Below the pieces are notes generated by a model, which was not told the origin of the DNA, ran no database searches, and was given only the letters and a program-made list of their open reading frames with translations. From Planctomycetota bacterium (GTDB lineage Bacteria; Planctomycetota; SZUA-567; H5-PLA8), in assembly GCA_045863855.1 (NCBI GenBank), contig BTVV01000009.1, positions 30,398 through 94,397 of the forward strand: a stretch of 64,000 nt of DNA, in the 5' to 3' direction. Made by a program: the position numbers and the translations under genes. This document shows, in pieces, positions 1-10,824 of the stretch (position 1 is the stretch's first letter; the number at the start of each line of letters is the position of its first letter).

Positions 1-3000
1 AACGCGGACGCGCTGGAAGTGGGCGACGGCGGGACGGCGATTTTCTGGTCGGATCTGGGGACGTGGTTTTACGGTTCGCTGAGCGCCAAGGGCGGTGCGT
101 CCGGCGGCGACGGCGGCTTCGCGGAAATCAGCGGCAAGGCCTTCCTGCGCATGGCTGGCTCGGCGGATCTGAGCGCCGCCAACGGTAGTTTAGGAACGTT
201 GCTGTTGGACCCGACGGATATCGAGATTCAGAACGGTTCCAGTGACGGGGACGACACGGGAGCATCCGCCACGGACTTTTCGAACAACTTTCCGGGCGGC
301 GCTCCGGCGACGAGCGTGATCTTCGAGTCTGAACTGGAAGGCCTAGCGGAAAACGCGAACGTCACGATTCAGGCCACCAACAGCGTGATCCTGAAAGATC
401 TGACGACGGATGGGGTGCTGGAACTGGCGCTCGCCTCAGGTTCGCTGACGATTGATGCGGGAACCTCGTTCACGTTTGAAGATACCACTAACACCATCCG
501 CACGAACGGCGGCGACCTGATTGTCACCGCCGCTTCGGCGACGCTGGGCGTGCTGGACACAACCGGTTCGACGGGGACTGCGACGGGCGGAAATATCTCC
601 GTCACGACCTCGGGCACCATCACGCTGCATCAGAATCTGACGACGCTCGACGGCAATATCACCCTTGCCGGGGCGGTATCGTTGCAGACCGACCTCACCC
701 TGAACACCGGCGACGGGAATGCCTCGATCACCGGCGCGCTCGACGGCAACGCGAACACTCTCACGGTGGTTTCGGGCGCGGGAACGGTGACCTTTGGCAG
801 CGCGCTGAGCGACCTGGACACACTCGACGTGACTGGCGGGACGATCTCGCTGGGCGGAAACGTGACCACGACGGGCACGCAGGACTACCACGGCGATGTG
901 GAGATCGCTGGCGCGAGCGTGACGCTCACGACCACCGATAGCACCGTGACCTTCGACGGCGCGATTGAAGGCGATACCGATGGCGGCCAGGCGCTTACGG
1001 TAAGCGTCGGCAACGGCGACATCGTGCTCTCAGGCGACGTGGGCGCGACCAACGCGTTGGCCTCGCTGAACCTGACCAGCACCAGCACGACCATCGAAAT
1101 CGGCGGGAACGTCACCACGGCCGGCGCGCAAGTGTACGACGGACACGTGCTGATTACCGGCGGCGACGTGACGCTCACCGGTGTGGGCATTCAGTTCACC
1201 GGCGACGTGGACGGTTCGGGCACCGAGAACTTGACGGTGGATGCGACGACGGGGACGGCCGATTTCCAGGGTGCGGTAGGCCTTCTCAATAACTTCGAGG
1301 CCTCCGGCGCGGCGATCCTCTTCGCCGGCGACGTGACCACCGACGGGACGCAGACTTACACCGGCGCCGTTGAACTTTTCGGTGACCGGACCTTCACGGC
1401 CTCCGACGCTGACATCACCTTCGACGGCGCGGTTTCGGGCAATACCGCGGCCGAAAACCTGACCGTGGACGCGGGGACCGGCGCAGTGGACTTCACCGGC
1501 GCGTTGACCGACTTGGCCTCCTTGGACGCCACCGGCACGACCATCGGCGTGGGCGCGAACGTGACGACGAGCGGAGCGCAGGACTACCACGGCGACGTTT
1601 CCGTCAACGGCACGGCGACGCTCTCGGGCACGGACTTGACCTTCGAAGGCACGGTGACAGGCTCCGGCGGACCAGACCTGACCGTTTCCGGCACAGGGAC
1701 GGTGGACTTCCAGGACGAGGTGAGCGCGCTCAACAGCCTCGCCGCCACCGGCACGACGATCCAGATCGCCGCGGACGTGAGCACCACGGCTTCGCAGAGC
1801 TACACCGGCGACGTGATTCTATTCGGCGACCTGACGCTTAACGCGGTTGGAGTGACCTTTTCGGCGACCGTTACGGGCAACGCGACCAGCGAAGTCCTGA
1901 CGATCGCTTCGACAGGCGGCACGGTGGACTTCGGCGGGGAAGTCAGCGACTTGGGCAGCCTGGACGTAACGGCCGACTCCATCGAGTTCGCCGCGAACGT
2001 GACGACGACCAACGCACAGACGTACACGGGCGACGTGGCCCTAAATGGCGATATCTTGTTCACCACCACCGATCACGACGTGACCTTCGACGGCGCGGTC
2101 ACCGGCGGCGGGAACGACCTGACCGTCGCGGCCGGCGCAGGCGACGTGATCGTCACGGGCGCGGTCTCCGGCGTGGGGGCGCTCGATCTGACCGGCGCCA
2201 CGATCGAGTTAGGCGGCGATGTCACGACCACCGGCGCGCAGACCTACCAAGGCAATGTGCAGATCAACGAAAGCCTTACGCTCACGGGCGCCGGCCTCAC
2301 GTTCGAGGGCACCGTCGCCGGCGGCGACGGCGATGAAGACCTCACTGTGGACGCCGGCGCGACCACGGCCGATTTCCAGGACGCGGTAAGCAAACTTTCC
2401 AGCTTCGACGTTACCGGTGCGGCGATTCAGTTGGCCACCGACGTGACGACGACCGGGCTGCAGAGCTACGACGGTGCGGTCACGATTTTTAGCTCGCTTA
2501 CGCTGACGGCAGGCGACGTGACCTTCGTGAGTACCGTGGAAGGCGACACGGGTGCGGAGAGCCTGACGATCGATGCAACTGGCGGGACGGCGGATTTCGG
2601 TTCCACGGTGGATTCGATCGATGTGCTCGATGTGACGGGAGCCACGATCCGGTTCGCTGCAGACGTTACGACCGAAGGCGCGCAGACGTTCACCGGCGAC
2701 GTGGAACTGACGGGGAGCGTGCTCTTCACGACCAGCAACGACGGCGTGACCTTCGACGGGAACGTGGACGGCGGCACGAACGACCTGACGGTGGACGCGG
2801 GTACGGCGGCGGTGGAGATCGCGGGGAACGTCACGGACGTCGGGACGCTCGACTTGACCGGAACCACCATCGAATTGGGTGGGGACGTCACGACCACCGT
2901 ATCGCAGACCTACCGGGGCAACGTGGTGGTCAACGCGAGCCTCACGCTGACCGGCGCGGGAATCTTGTTCGAAGGCACGGTCGCCGGCGGCGTGGGAACC

Positions 3001-6000
3001 GAAGACCTGACGGTGGACGCCACGACGGGCACGGCCGATTTCCAGGACGCCGTCAGCAGCCTGAACAACTTCGACGCGTCCGGCGTGGATATCTTCCTGG
3101 CCACGGACGTGACGACTACCGGCACGCAGGATTACGACGGCTCGGTGAGGCTCTACGGGGACGTGATCCTGACGGGCAGCGGCGTGGCCTTCTCCGGAAT
3201 CGTGGAAGGCGACCTCGGCTCTGAAAATCTGACTGTGGACGCCACGGGCGGCACGGCCGACTTCGGCGGCGACCTCAGCAGCCTGGCCAGCCTTGACGTG
3301 ACGGCGAACACGATTCTGCTCGGCGCGGACGTAACCACCACCGGAGCGCAGGACTACAACGGCGCCGTCGAATTGCAGGCCAACGTGGCACTCACCACCA
3401 GCACAGCCGGCGACGTGACCTTTGCCGACACGGTGGACGGTTCTGGCGCGGGCGGTCAGAACCTGACCTTGGACGTGGCCGGCGCCATCGACTTCCAGGG
3501 GGCAATCGGCTCCTCGGTGCGCTTGGGCGCTATCCAAGTGGACGATGCCACCGACCTCTCGCTGTTGGGCCTGACGGCGGGCAGCTTCACGCAGGTCGCC
3601 GGCACGGGCACGACGACCTTCGACGGCGCCGTGGATCTGGATGCGGCGGGCGGGCTGAACGTTGCGACGGACACCATCCTTGTCAACGGCACCGTGGACA
3701 CGGTGAACGGCGGCGGCGTGACGCTGACGGCGGCCAGCGCGCTGACGATCGATGCAGCGGCTGTGATGAACCTGGACGGCGCGTTCCTAGAGAACGGCGC
3801 CGGGACGGTGAACGCGGCGGGCAGCATCACCACCAGCAACGCGGATGTGACCTTCACCAACATCGTGACGCTGGACGGAGATCTGGCTGTGACGAGCGGC
3901 GGGGGCCAGATCGAATTCCTGGGCGGCGCGGTGGGATCGACCGACGGCGGGGAGTCGCTGACGCTGGACGCGGGCTCGGGCGGGTTCACCTTCGGGGGCG
4001 ATTTGGGAGCGGCGGGGGCGGCGTTGAACGACCTGACGCTGACCTCGGACCAGCTCTTTACGCAGGACGTTGATATTGTCGCGGCGGGAACGGTGCTTTT
4101 GCAGACCGCCGGCGCGACGCAGAACGCCGGATTCACGGTTCAGGCCGATACGCTGCTGCTTGAGGGGACGGGCGACTTTACGCTGAATGGGGCAAACGAT
4201 GTTTCGAGCTTCGGCACCAGTGGCACAGGTGTGGCCGGCGACATCGTTTTCAACAACGGTACGACGAACCTTACTACGCTGGCGATCGACACGACGGGTA
4301 CGGGCAACCTGACGCTGCGCCACGACGGGACGCTGGACTTGATGGGCGCGGTGAGCCTGACGGGTTCGTTCGTCGAAGAAAACGCGGCAGGTACCGGCGC
4401 GGGTGGGCTGGTGACGCTGGCGCAGGACTTAAACGTCGCGGCCGGCGAGGACATCACCTTCAAGAGTGCGTTGGCGATCGACGGGACGGTGGAGATCTCG
4501 ACGTCGGGCGCGGGCAACTTGAACTTCTTCACCATCGACGGTGCGACGGTCGATACGGATTCGATCACGCTGACGGTGGACACGGGCTCCATTACGTATA
4601 CCGGCGGACTGGGCGGCGGGACGCGCTTCGACAACATCACGCTGAACACGGGTGCGGGGATCACGATCGATCAAGATTTGAGCGCGGCGACGCAGGTAAC
4701 GATCAACGCGGGCGGGAACATCGATCATTCGGACGGAACGATCTCCGCCGACACGGTCACGCTCACCACGACGGCCGGCGGTGCGACGCAGTCGGGTACG
4801 GCGAGCATCGATGCGACGACGCTGCTGGTGGAAGGCACGGGCAACTTCACGCTGAACAACGCGAACAGCGTGGACGAGTTCGGCACCAGTGGCGCAGGCG
4901 TGGCCGGCGACATCGTCTTCAACAACGGTACGACGAACCTTACTACGCTGGCGATCGACACGACAGGTACGGGCAACCTGACGCTGCGCCACGACGGGAC
5001 GCTGGACTTGATGGGCGCGGTGAGCCTGACGGGTTCGTTCGTCGAAGAAAACGCGGCAGGTACCGGCGCGGGTGGGCTGGTGACGCTGGCGCAGGACTTA
5101 AACGTCGCGGCCGGCGAGGACATCACCTTCAAGAGTGCGTTGGCGATCGACGGGACGGTGGAGATCTCGACGTCGGGCGCGGGCAACTTGAACTTCTTCA
5201 CCATCGACGGTGCGACGGTCGATGCGGATTCGGTAACGCTTACGCTGGGCACGGGCACGCTGGCCCTGGGTGGTGCGATCGGCGGCGGCACGCGGCTCGA
5301 CAACGTAACCTTCAACTCGGGCGCAGGTATCACCCTGAACCAGAACGTGACCGCGGCGACGCAAGTGGACGTGAGCGCGGCCGGAGCCATCGCGCAGACG
5401 GCTGGAACGATCTCCGCCGACACGGTCACGCTCACCACGTCGGCCGGCGGCGCGACGCAGTCGGGTACGGCGAGCATCGATGCGACGACGCTGCTGGTGG
5501 AAGGCACGGGCAACTTCACGCTGAACAACGCGAACAGCGTGGACGAGTTCGGCACCAGTGGCGCAGGCGTGGCCGGCGACATCGTCTTCAACAACGGCAA
5601 TACGGCGCTAACGACCTTGGCGATCGACACCACAGGCTCGGGCAACCTGACGCTGCGACACGACGGAACCTTGGACCTGTCCGACACGATCACGCTGACG
5701 GGTTCGTTCGTCGAAGAAAACGCGGCAGGTACCGGCGCGGGTGGATTGGTGACGCTGGCGCAGGATCTGAGCGTCGCGGCGAACCAGAATATTACCTTCA
5801 AGAGCGCCCTTGAAGTTTCCGGAGACCGATCGATTTCGACCTCGGGTACGGGGAACTTGAGCTTCTTCACGATCGACGGAAGCACGGCCGATACGGACGC
5901 GATCACGCTCACCGTGGATACCGGCTCGATTACCTACTCCGGCGCCATTGGCGGCGCCACCCGCTTCGACGCGATTACGCTGAATACGGGCGCGGGGATC

Positions 6001-9000
6001 ACGCTAGGCCAGGACCTGGACGCGGCGTCGCTGATCGAGATCAACGCGGCGGGGACGATCTCGCACACGGGCGGGTCGCTCTCGGCCGCTACGGTGCATC
6101 TGAACACGACCGCCGGCGGCGTCTCGCAGGCCGTTGGCAGCGGTGGGATCGCGGCGACGATCTTGACGCTCGAAGGGACCGGGAATTTCTCCCTGCTCGA
6201 CGCGGACAACGCGGTGGGCACGCTTGAAACCAACGGCGCGCTGGCCGGGGACTTGACCTTCGTGACCGGCTCGACGGTGACGACCGGCGACATTACCGCA
6301 GACGCCGTGGCCGTCGAACACACCGGGGCGCTGACGCTGGGCGGGGACATCACCGCGGACTCGTTCGTCGAATCGAACGTCGGGAATACGGGCGGCAGCG
6401 CCGGCGGCGTCAACACGCTCGCCGGAGCCGAACGGACGATCGATACGAGCGGCGCGGGCGGGGCCATCACCTTCAAGAGCAACGCGACGCTGAACAGCGA
6501 CCTGACGCTGAACGCAGGGGCCAGCGGCGGAACGATCACGCTGGCGAACGTGAATGACTCGGTGGCCGGCGCCGATACGCTCGACCTGACCGGCGGCGGG
6601 TTCGCCTTCGGCACGCTGGGGACGCCGAACCGCCTGGGCGAGATCGCGCTCACCACCAACCAAGCCGGTGGCATCACGGTGACAGGTACGGGCCTGAACG
6701 CCGATCGTATCACCTTCGAAAACACCGGCGGCAACCTGACGGTCGGGTCGGCTCTGACGGCCGACGAGATCACCCTGACGGCCAACGGGATGCTCGCGGT
6801 GAACGGTCTGCTCACGGCGCTCGACGGCGGCGCGGGCCTGGTGACGCTGAGCGGCACTGGGATCACGCAGACGGCGGGCATCCGCACCGATACGCTGGAA
6901 CTGGACGGCACGGGCAGCGTGGTGCTGAATTCGGCGGCGAACCAGATCGAGGCGCTGACCGCCCTCTCGAACACTCTGGACGATGTTCAGGTGACGACGA
7001 ACCCGGCGAGCGGAACGTTTACCTTGGGCGCGTTCGATACGACGGGCGCGGCCGGGACCGGCGACCTGACGGTTAACTTCGGCAGCGACAATCTGCTGAT
7101 CAACGGTCCCGTGGATCTTAAAGGTTCGTTCTCGACGGGCGCCTCGAGCGGCGGGATCACGTTGGCCGGCGACCTTACGGTGGGTAACAGCATCACCTTC
7201 ACCGGAACGCTGGGCGTCTCGGGTGTGGCGTCGTTGACCAGCGGAGCCGGCGGCGGGATCACGCTGGGCGATGTGACAGGCGCGGGCGCGGACTTGACCC
7301 TGACCGCGGGCAGCCTGGGGATCGATTTCAACGGCAACGTGGGCACCTCGGGCGGGCGCTTGAACAGCCTGACGCTGAACACCGACGGACCGGTGACGCA
7401 GGACGCCGGCGAAAAGCTTCACGCCAATACCTTGACGCTTCTGGGCGATGCGATGTACGCGCTGCGCACGAATATCCTTACGCTCGACGGCGGCGGCGCG
7501 ACGCTGGGCGGCTCGCTGTCGCTGGCCAACGACGGCGCATTGGCCGTGGACGTGAATCCGCTGACGGTCGCGGGTGACGTGACCCTGCGCACGTTGGCCG
7601 GCGCGATTACGATCAACGAAGACGTCAGTTCCACCGGCGCGGGCGGAACGGTAACTCTGGATGCGGCCGGCGGCGCCACGACGACCGGCGGATCGACGGT
7701 GAGCGCGGACAATCTGCTGCTGTCCGGAGGCGGAACGTTCGACCTGGCTACCTCGGTAGACACGGTGGCCTCGACCAACTTGGGCGCGGGTTCGGTCACG
7801 CTCGTAAACGACCAGACGCTGGCCGTGGGCGACGTCGGCGCGGGGTCGGGTTTGACGGCCGGGGGCGGGATCGACCTGACCGTCACGGCCGGAGACCTGA
7901 CGCTTAACCGCGGGCTGAGCGCGGGGACGGGCGATGTGAGCCTCGACTGGGGCGGCACGCTGGCGCAGAACGCGGGGACGATTGCCGGCGGCACGCTGAC
8001 GCTGGCCGGGGACAGCAACGCGGGCCTTGCGCTGGCGCTCAACGTGAGCGAGATCGCGGGAACGGTGACGGGTTCGAGCACGCTGGCACTGAACAATGCC
8101 GGTGTGCTGACCTTCACGGGCTTCGACGCGGATACGAATTCCCTGCGCGTAAACGCGGGAGGGGCGAACGGAGACTTGAGCGCCGCCGATCTGCTGCTCA
8201 CGGGCACTGGAATTTTCAATCTCGACACAACGGTCGGCACGCTGGCGGCGAACGTGACTGGCGCGCTGACGATCGACGAAACCGACGGACTGATCGTGGG
8301 CACCGTCAACGGCGAGAACGGTGTGCAGACCGCGGGCGGGAACGACATCAGCCTGACGGCCGGCGGAGCGCTGATCCTGAACCAGCAAGTGAATGCCGGC
8401 GCGGCGGGGGATGTGACGCTGGACTTCGCGACGCTGGGCGGCGCGGCGTTGGTGACCGGCAACGTGCTGGACCTGGCCGGAGCGAGTGGGTTCACGCTGA
8501 CGACGGACGTAAACGTGCTGCAGGGTACGCTGACGGGCGCGGCGGCGACGACCGTGAACAATACCGGCGCGCTGAACCTGAACGGGTTCGATGCAAGTGG
8601 GATTTCGCTGCGCCTTTCGGCCGACGGCGCCACGGGCAGCGTGACGTCGAACGAACTGCAACTTAACGGCACGGGAGTCTTCAACCTCACGACGACGGTG
8701 AACACGCTGGCGGCCAATGTGACGGGCGCGCTGAGCGTGGACGACACCGACGGGCTGACCGTGGGCACCGTGGGCGCGGTTACGGGCGTGAACAGCAACG
8801 GCAGCGCGGTGACGCTGGGCACGAACGGCGCGGGGGTCCTGGCGTTGAACCAGGATGTGACGGCTGCCGGTGCGACGGTCATCCTCGATGCAGCCGGCGA
8901 CGTGACTTCAGGTGGCGGCACCGTAACGGCCCAGACGCTGGACTTGCGCAGCGGCGGCGCCGCGACGGTGGACGCGAACGTAACGGTCCTGCGCGGGTTC

Positions 9001-10821
9001 TCGAACGGAAACTTGGACCTTACCAACGCGGGCCATTTGAACCTGAACAACTTCAACGCGGCAGGCGTCGATTTCCTCCTGACGGCGGCGGGCGCGGACG
9101 GAACGGTGAGCGCCGGCGGCTTGGCGATTTTCGGCACGGGGGCTTTCGCTCTGACCTCGACGCTGGACCGCCTGGCGGGGAATGTCAACGGAGCGGTGAC
9201 AATCACCGATGCGGGCACGCTGACGATCGGGACGGTGGGCGCGCAGAACGGGCTGATCAGCACCGGGGGAGATATCCGGCTGACGGCTCCGGGCGGCCTT
9301 AACTTGGCGCAGGACCTGCGCGCGGCGGGCTTCGAGATTCACCTGCAAGGGAATGGCGCGCTGCAGACGGGCGGAACGCTGGAGGCCGACCGGCTGCGGC
9401 TGGCCGGACCGGGTGCGTTTACGCTGACAGGCGCGACGAACGACGTGAATGTCCTGGCGGCGCAGACCAACAGCGCTCTTTCTTTTACCGATGTGGATAA
9501 CCTGACCATCGGCGCGGTCGGCGTGACGGTGGGGATCGATACGAGCGGAAATAACCTGACGCTGTCGACCGGCGGCATGCTGATCTTGGCGCAGGAAGTC
9601 CGCGCGGGCTTGGCCACGACCACCTTTAATGTGGCGGCGGGCGGCGTAAACCAAGTTCCAGGCGCCCGCATCATGTCCGACCGCTTGCTGCTGACGGGCG
9701 CCGGCGCTTTCAATCTTCTGGAAGGCGGCAACCTGATCCGCACCCTGGCCGGCAACCTGACCGGCGGCGGGGCTTCGACGCTGAACTTTCGCACGGCGGG
9801 TAACCTGTTCATCGGGACGGTCGGCGTTCAGAACGGGATCCTGACCACGGGCGGCTCGGTCACGCTGGCCGCGCCGGGCGGATTTATCCAGGTAGATCGT
9901 CCAATCAATACGGGCGCCGGTCCGCCCGGTACGGCGACGCTGACGGGCGATATTCGCCCCGCGAATCCGATGCTCGCGGGATCGGGCGACATCACGCTCA
10001 CGGCCCAGATTCTGCCGGGGGGCGGCGCGGGGAATACGACGACCTTCCAGTTGAACCCTTCGATTCCGATGGGACCGCAGGACGGCGGCTTTACGCTGCC
10101 GGACCTCGGGAACGTAAACATCGGGATCGATACGTTCGACGATCCGGACGGGTTGGGTGCGGGCGGCGATCTTGGGACGAACGGCGACGACCTTCAGATC
10201 ACGCTGCCGGAAGAGTTGCTCAAAGCGTTCAATACGGTGCTCTCGGTGACTTCGACGACGGGCTTCGAAGACGAAGGCCTGCGCAATTCGCTGGACGAGT
10301 TCCAGGCATCGGAGCAGGCGCTGACGCTGGCGCAGCAGGTGCTCGACCACGCGGCCAAAGTGCTGCGTTCGCTGCAGCCGGGCGACCCACTGCGCGAGGC
10401 GCTGCAGAAGCTGATCGACGAAGTGAACGCGGCCTCGCAGGAAGTGCGGAAATCGAACGTGGCGCTGGCCGAGTTGATCGCGAAGTTGTACGCGGACGGC
10501 CGTCCGGATCGCGTGGGCAAGGATGCGCTGGAAGGCGCGCTGAAGGGCATGCAGCGCGCAAACGAGCGGCTGCTCGTCACGTCGCGGGCGCTGGAAGCGG
10601 CATTGAAGGCGATTCAGCAGCCGGCGGGCGCTCCGGCGGCCCCGGCGGATCGAGCGGTGCTTGAAGTGGCGGCTCAGCGCGCGCGGGAGCAGGCCACTCG
10701 CGAGGCGGCGGATGCGCGCGACCGGCAGGACCGCGTGGGCCAGGACGCGAAGTTTGCGACCCTGGAAGAATACAAGGCGCAGGAAAAAGGGCGCAAGCCG
10801 GAAGGTACCGACGGGAAATAG
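1..10821 (+). CDS. Giant filamentous haemagglutinin-like TpsA exoprotein (type Vb secretion substrate), 5'-truncated by the window edge
   Basis: Frame is open from base 1 (NADALEVGDGG...). It carries the extended TPS/haemagglutinin N-terminal signature GDGGTAIFWSD...GGDGGFAEISGK...GTLLLDPxDIxI, then G/T/D/A/V-rich beta-helix-type repeats and a helical C-terminal tail. A TpsB gene lies downstream. Confidence 0.9.
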   Translation, partial: NADALEVGDGGTAIFWSDLGTWFYGSLSAKGGASGGDGGFAEISGKAFLRMAGSADLSAANGSLGTLLLDPTDIEIQNGSSDGDDTGASATDFSNNFPGGAPATSVIFESELEGLAENANVTIQATNSVILKDLTTDGVLELALASGSLTIDAGTSFTFEDTTNTIRTNGGDLIVTAASATLGVLDTTGSTGTATGGNISVTTSGTITLHQNLTTLDGNITLAGAVSLQTDLTLNTGDGNASITGALDGNANTLTVVSGAGTVTFGSALSDLDTLDVTGGTISLGGNVTTTGTQDYHGDVEIAGASVTLTTTDSTVTFDGAIEGDTDGGQALTVSVGNGDIVLSGDVGATNALASLNLTSTSTTIEIGGNVTTAGAQVYDGHVLITGGDVTLTGVGIQFTGDVDGSGTENLTVDATTGTADFQGAVGLLNNFEASGAAILFAGDVTTDGTQTYTGAVELFGDRTFTASDADITFDGAVSGNTAAENLTVDAGTGAVDFTGALTDLASLDATGTTIGVGANVTTSGAQDYHGDVSVNGTATLSGTDLTFEGTVTGSGGPDLTVSGTGTVDFQDEVSALNSLAATGTTIQIAADVSTTASQSYTGDVILFGDLTLNAVGVTFSATVTGNATSEVLTIASTGGTVDFGGEVSDLGSLDVTADSIEFAANVTTTNAQTYTGDVALNGDILFTTTDHDVTFDGAVTGGGNDLTVAAGAGDVIVTGAVSGVGALDLTGATIELGGDVTTTGAQTYQGNVQINESLTLTGAGLTFEGTVAGGDGDEDLTVDAGATTADFQDAVSKLSSFDVTGAAIQLATDVTTTGLQSYDGAVTIFSSLTLTAGDVTFVSTVEGDTGAESLTIDATGGTADFGSTVDSIDVLDVTGATIRFAADVTTEGAQTFTGDVELTGSVLFTTSNDGVTFDGNVDGGTNDLTVDAGTAAVEIAGNVTDVGTLDLTGTTIELGGDVTTTVSQTYRGNVVVNASLTLTGAGILFEGTVAGGVGTEDLTVDATTGTADFQDAVSSLNNFDASGVDIFLATDVTTTGTQDYDGSVRLYGDVILTGSGVAFSGIVEGDLGSENLTVDATGGTADFGGDLSSLASLDVTANTILLGADVTTTGAQDYNGAVELQANVALTTSTAGDVTFADTVDGSGAGGQNLTLDVAGAIDFQGAIGSSVRLGAIQVDDATDLSLLGLTAGSFTQVAGTGTTTFDGAVDLDAAGGLNVATDTILVNGTVDTVNGGGVTLTAASALTIDAAAVMNLDGAFLENGAGTVNAAGSITTSNADVTFTNIVTLDGDLAVTSGGGQIEFLGGAVGSTDGGESLTLDAGSGGFTFGGDLGAAGAALNDLTLTSDQLFTQDVDIVAAGTVLLQTAGATQNAGFTVQADTLLLEGTGDFTLNGANDVSSFGTSGTGVAGDIVFNNGTTNLTTLAIDTTGTGNLTLRHDGTLDLMGAVSLTGSFVEENAAGTGAGGLVTLAQDLNVAAGEDITFKSALAIDGTVEISTSGAGNLNFFTIDGATVDTDSITLTVDTGSITYTGGLGGGTRFDNITLNTGAGITIDQDLSAATQVTINAGGNIDHSDGTISADTVTLTTTAGGATQSGTASIDATTLLVEGTGNFTLNNANSVDEFGTSGAGVAGDIVFNNGTTNLTTLAIDTTGTGNLTLRHDGTLDLMGAVSLTGSFVEENAAGTGAGGLVTLAQDLNVAAGEDITFKSALAIDGTVEISTSGAGNLNFFTIDGATVDADSVTLTLGTGTLALGGAIGGGTRLDNVTFNSGAGITLNQNVTAATQVDVSAAGAIAQTAGTISADTVTLTTSAGGATQSGTASIDATTLLVEGTGNFTLNNANSVDEFGTSGAGVAGDIVFNNGNTALTTLAIDTTGSGNLTLRHDGTLDLSDTITLTGSFVEENAAGTGAGGLVTLAQDLSVAANQNITFKSALEVSGDRSISTSGTGNLSFFTIDGSTADTDAITLTVDTGSITYSGAIGGATRFDAITLNTGAGITLGQDLDAASLIEINAAGTISHTGGSLSAATVHLNTTAGGVSQAVGSGGIAATILTLEGTGNFSLLDADNAVGTLETNGALAGDLTFVTGSTVTTGDITADAVAVEHTGALTLGGDITADSFVESNVGNTGGSAGGVNTLAGAERTIDTSGAGGAITFKSNATLNSDLTLNAGASGGTITLANVNDSVAGADTLDLTGGGFAFGTLGTPNRLGEIALTTNQAGGITVTGTGLNADRITFENTGGNLTVGSALTADEITLTANGMLAVNGLLTALDGGAGLVTLSGTGITQTAGIRTDTLELDGTGSVVLNSAANQIEALTALSNTLDDVQVTTNPASGTFTLGAFDTTGAAGTGDLTVNFGSDNLLINGPVDLKGSFSTGASSGGITLAGDLTVGNSITFTGTLGVSGVASLTSGAGGGITLGDVTGAGADLTLTAGSLGIDFNGNVGTSGGRLNSLTLNTDGPVTQDAGEKLHANTLTLLGDAMYALRTNILTLDGGGATLGGSLSLANDGALAVDVNPLTVAGDVTLRTLAGAITINEDVSSTGAGGTVTLDAAGGATTTGGSTVSADNLLLSGGGTFDLATSVDTVASTNLGAGSVTLVNDQTLAVGDVGAGSGLTAGGGIDLTVTAGDLTLNRGLSAGTGDVSLDWGGTLAQNAGTIAGGTLTLAGDSNAGLALALNVSEIAGTVTGSSTLALNNAGVLTFTGFDADTNSLRVNAGGANGDLSAADLLLTGTGIFNLDTTVGTLAANVTGALTIDETDGLIVGTVNGENGVQTAGGNDISLTAGGALILNQQVNAGAAGDVTLDFATLGGAALVTGNVLDLAGASGFTLTTDVNVLQGTLTGAAATTVNNTGALNLNGFDASGISLRLSADGATGSVTSNELQLNGTGVFNLTTTVNTLAANVTGALSVDDTDGLTVGTVGAVTGVNSNGSAVTLGTNGAGVLALNQDVTAAGATVILDAAGDVTSGGGTVTAQTLDLRSGGAATVDANVTVLRGFSNGNLDLTNAGHLNLNNFNAAGVDFLLTAAGADGTVSAGGLAIFGTGAFALTSTLDRLAGNVNGAVTITDAGTLTIGTVGAQNGLISTGGDIRLTAPGGLNLAQDLRAAGFEIHLQGNGALQTGGTLEADRLRLAGPGAFTLTGATNDVNVLAAQTNSALSFTDVDNLTIGAVGVTVGIDTSGNNLTLSTGGMLILAQEVRAGLATTTFNVAAGGVNQVPGARIMSDRLLLTGAGAFNLLEGGNLIRTLAGNLTGGGASTLNFRTAGNLFIGTVGVQNGILTTGGSVTLAAPGGFIQVDRPINTGAGPPGTATLTGDIRPANPMLAGSGDITLTAQILPGGGAGNTTTFQLNPSIPMGPQDGGFTLPDLGNVNIGIDTFDDPDGLGAGGDLGTNGDDLQITLPEELLKAFNTVLSVTSTTGFEDEGLRNSLDEFQASEQALTLAQQVLDHAAKVLRSLQPGDPLREALQKLIDEVNAASQEVRKSNVALAELIAKLYADGRPDRVGKDALEGALKGMQRANERLLVTSRALEAALKAIQQPAGAPAAPADRAVLEVAAQRAREQATREAADARDRQDRVGQDAKFATLEEYKAQEKGRKPEGTDGK
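859..3370 (+). repeat. Twelve intragenic ~74-aa repeats with motif [ND]V[TS]TxxxQx[YF]xGxV
   Basis: Motif starts at 859, 1108, 1330, 1558, 1774, 1996, 2218, 2440, 2662, 2884, 3106 and 3328. The period is exactly 222 bp from 1774 onward. Confidence 0.9.
4210..6200 (+). repeat. Three tandem 669-bp (223-aa) intragenic repeat units with near-identical DNA blocks
   Basis: ttcggcaccagtggc occurs at 4210, 4879 and 5548. Block 4210-4553 is near-identical to 4879-5222, and 4735-4928 to 5404-5597. The right boundary is approximate. Confidence 0.92.
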
Positions 10822-10824
10822 CCC

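Noticed and set aside
4210..6200. CRISPR array or mobile-element repeats
   Set aside because: The repeats are in-frame coding units of 669 bp without unique spacers, and no cas or transposase genes are present.
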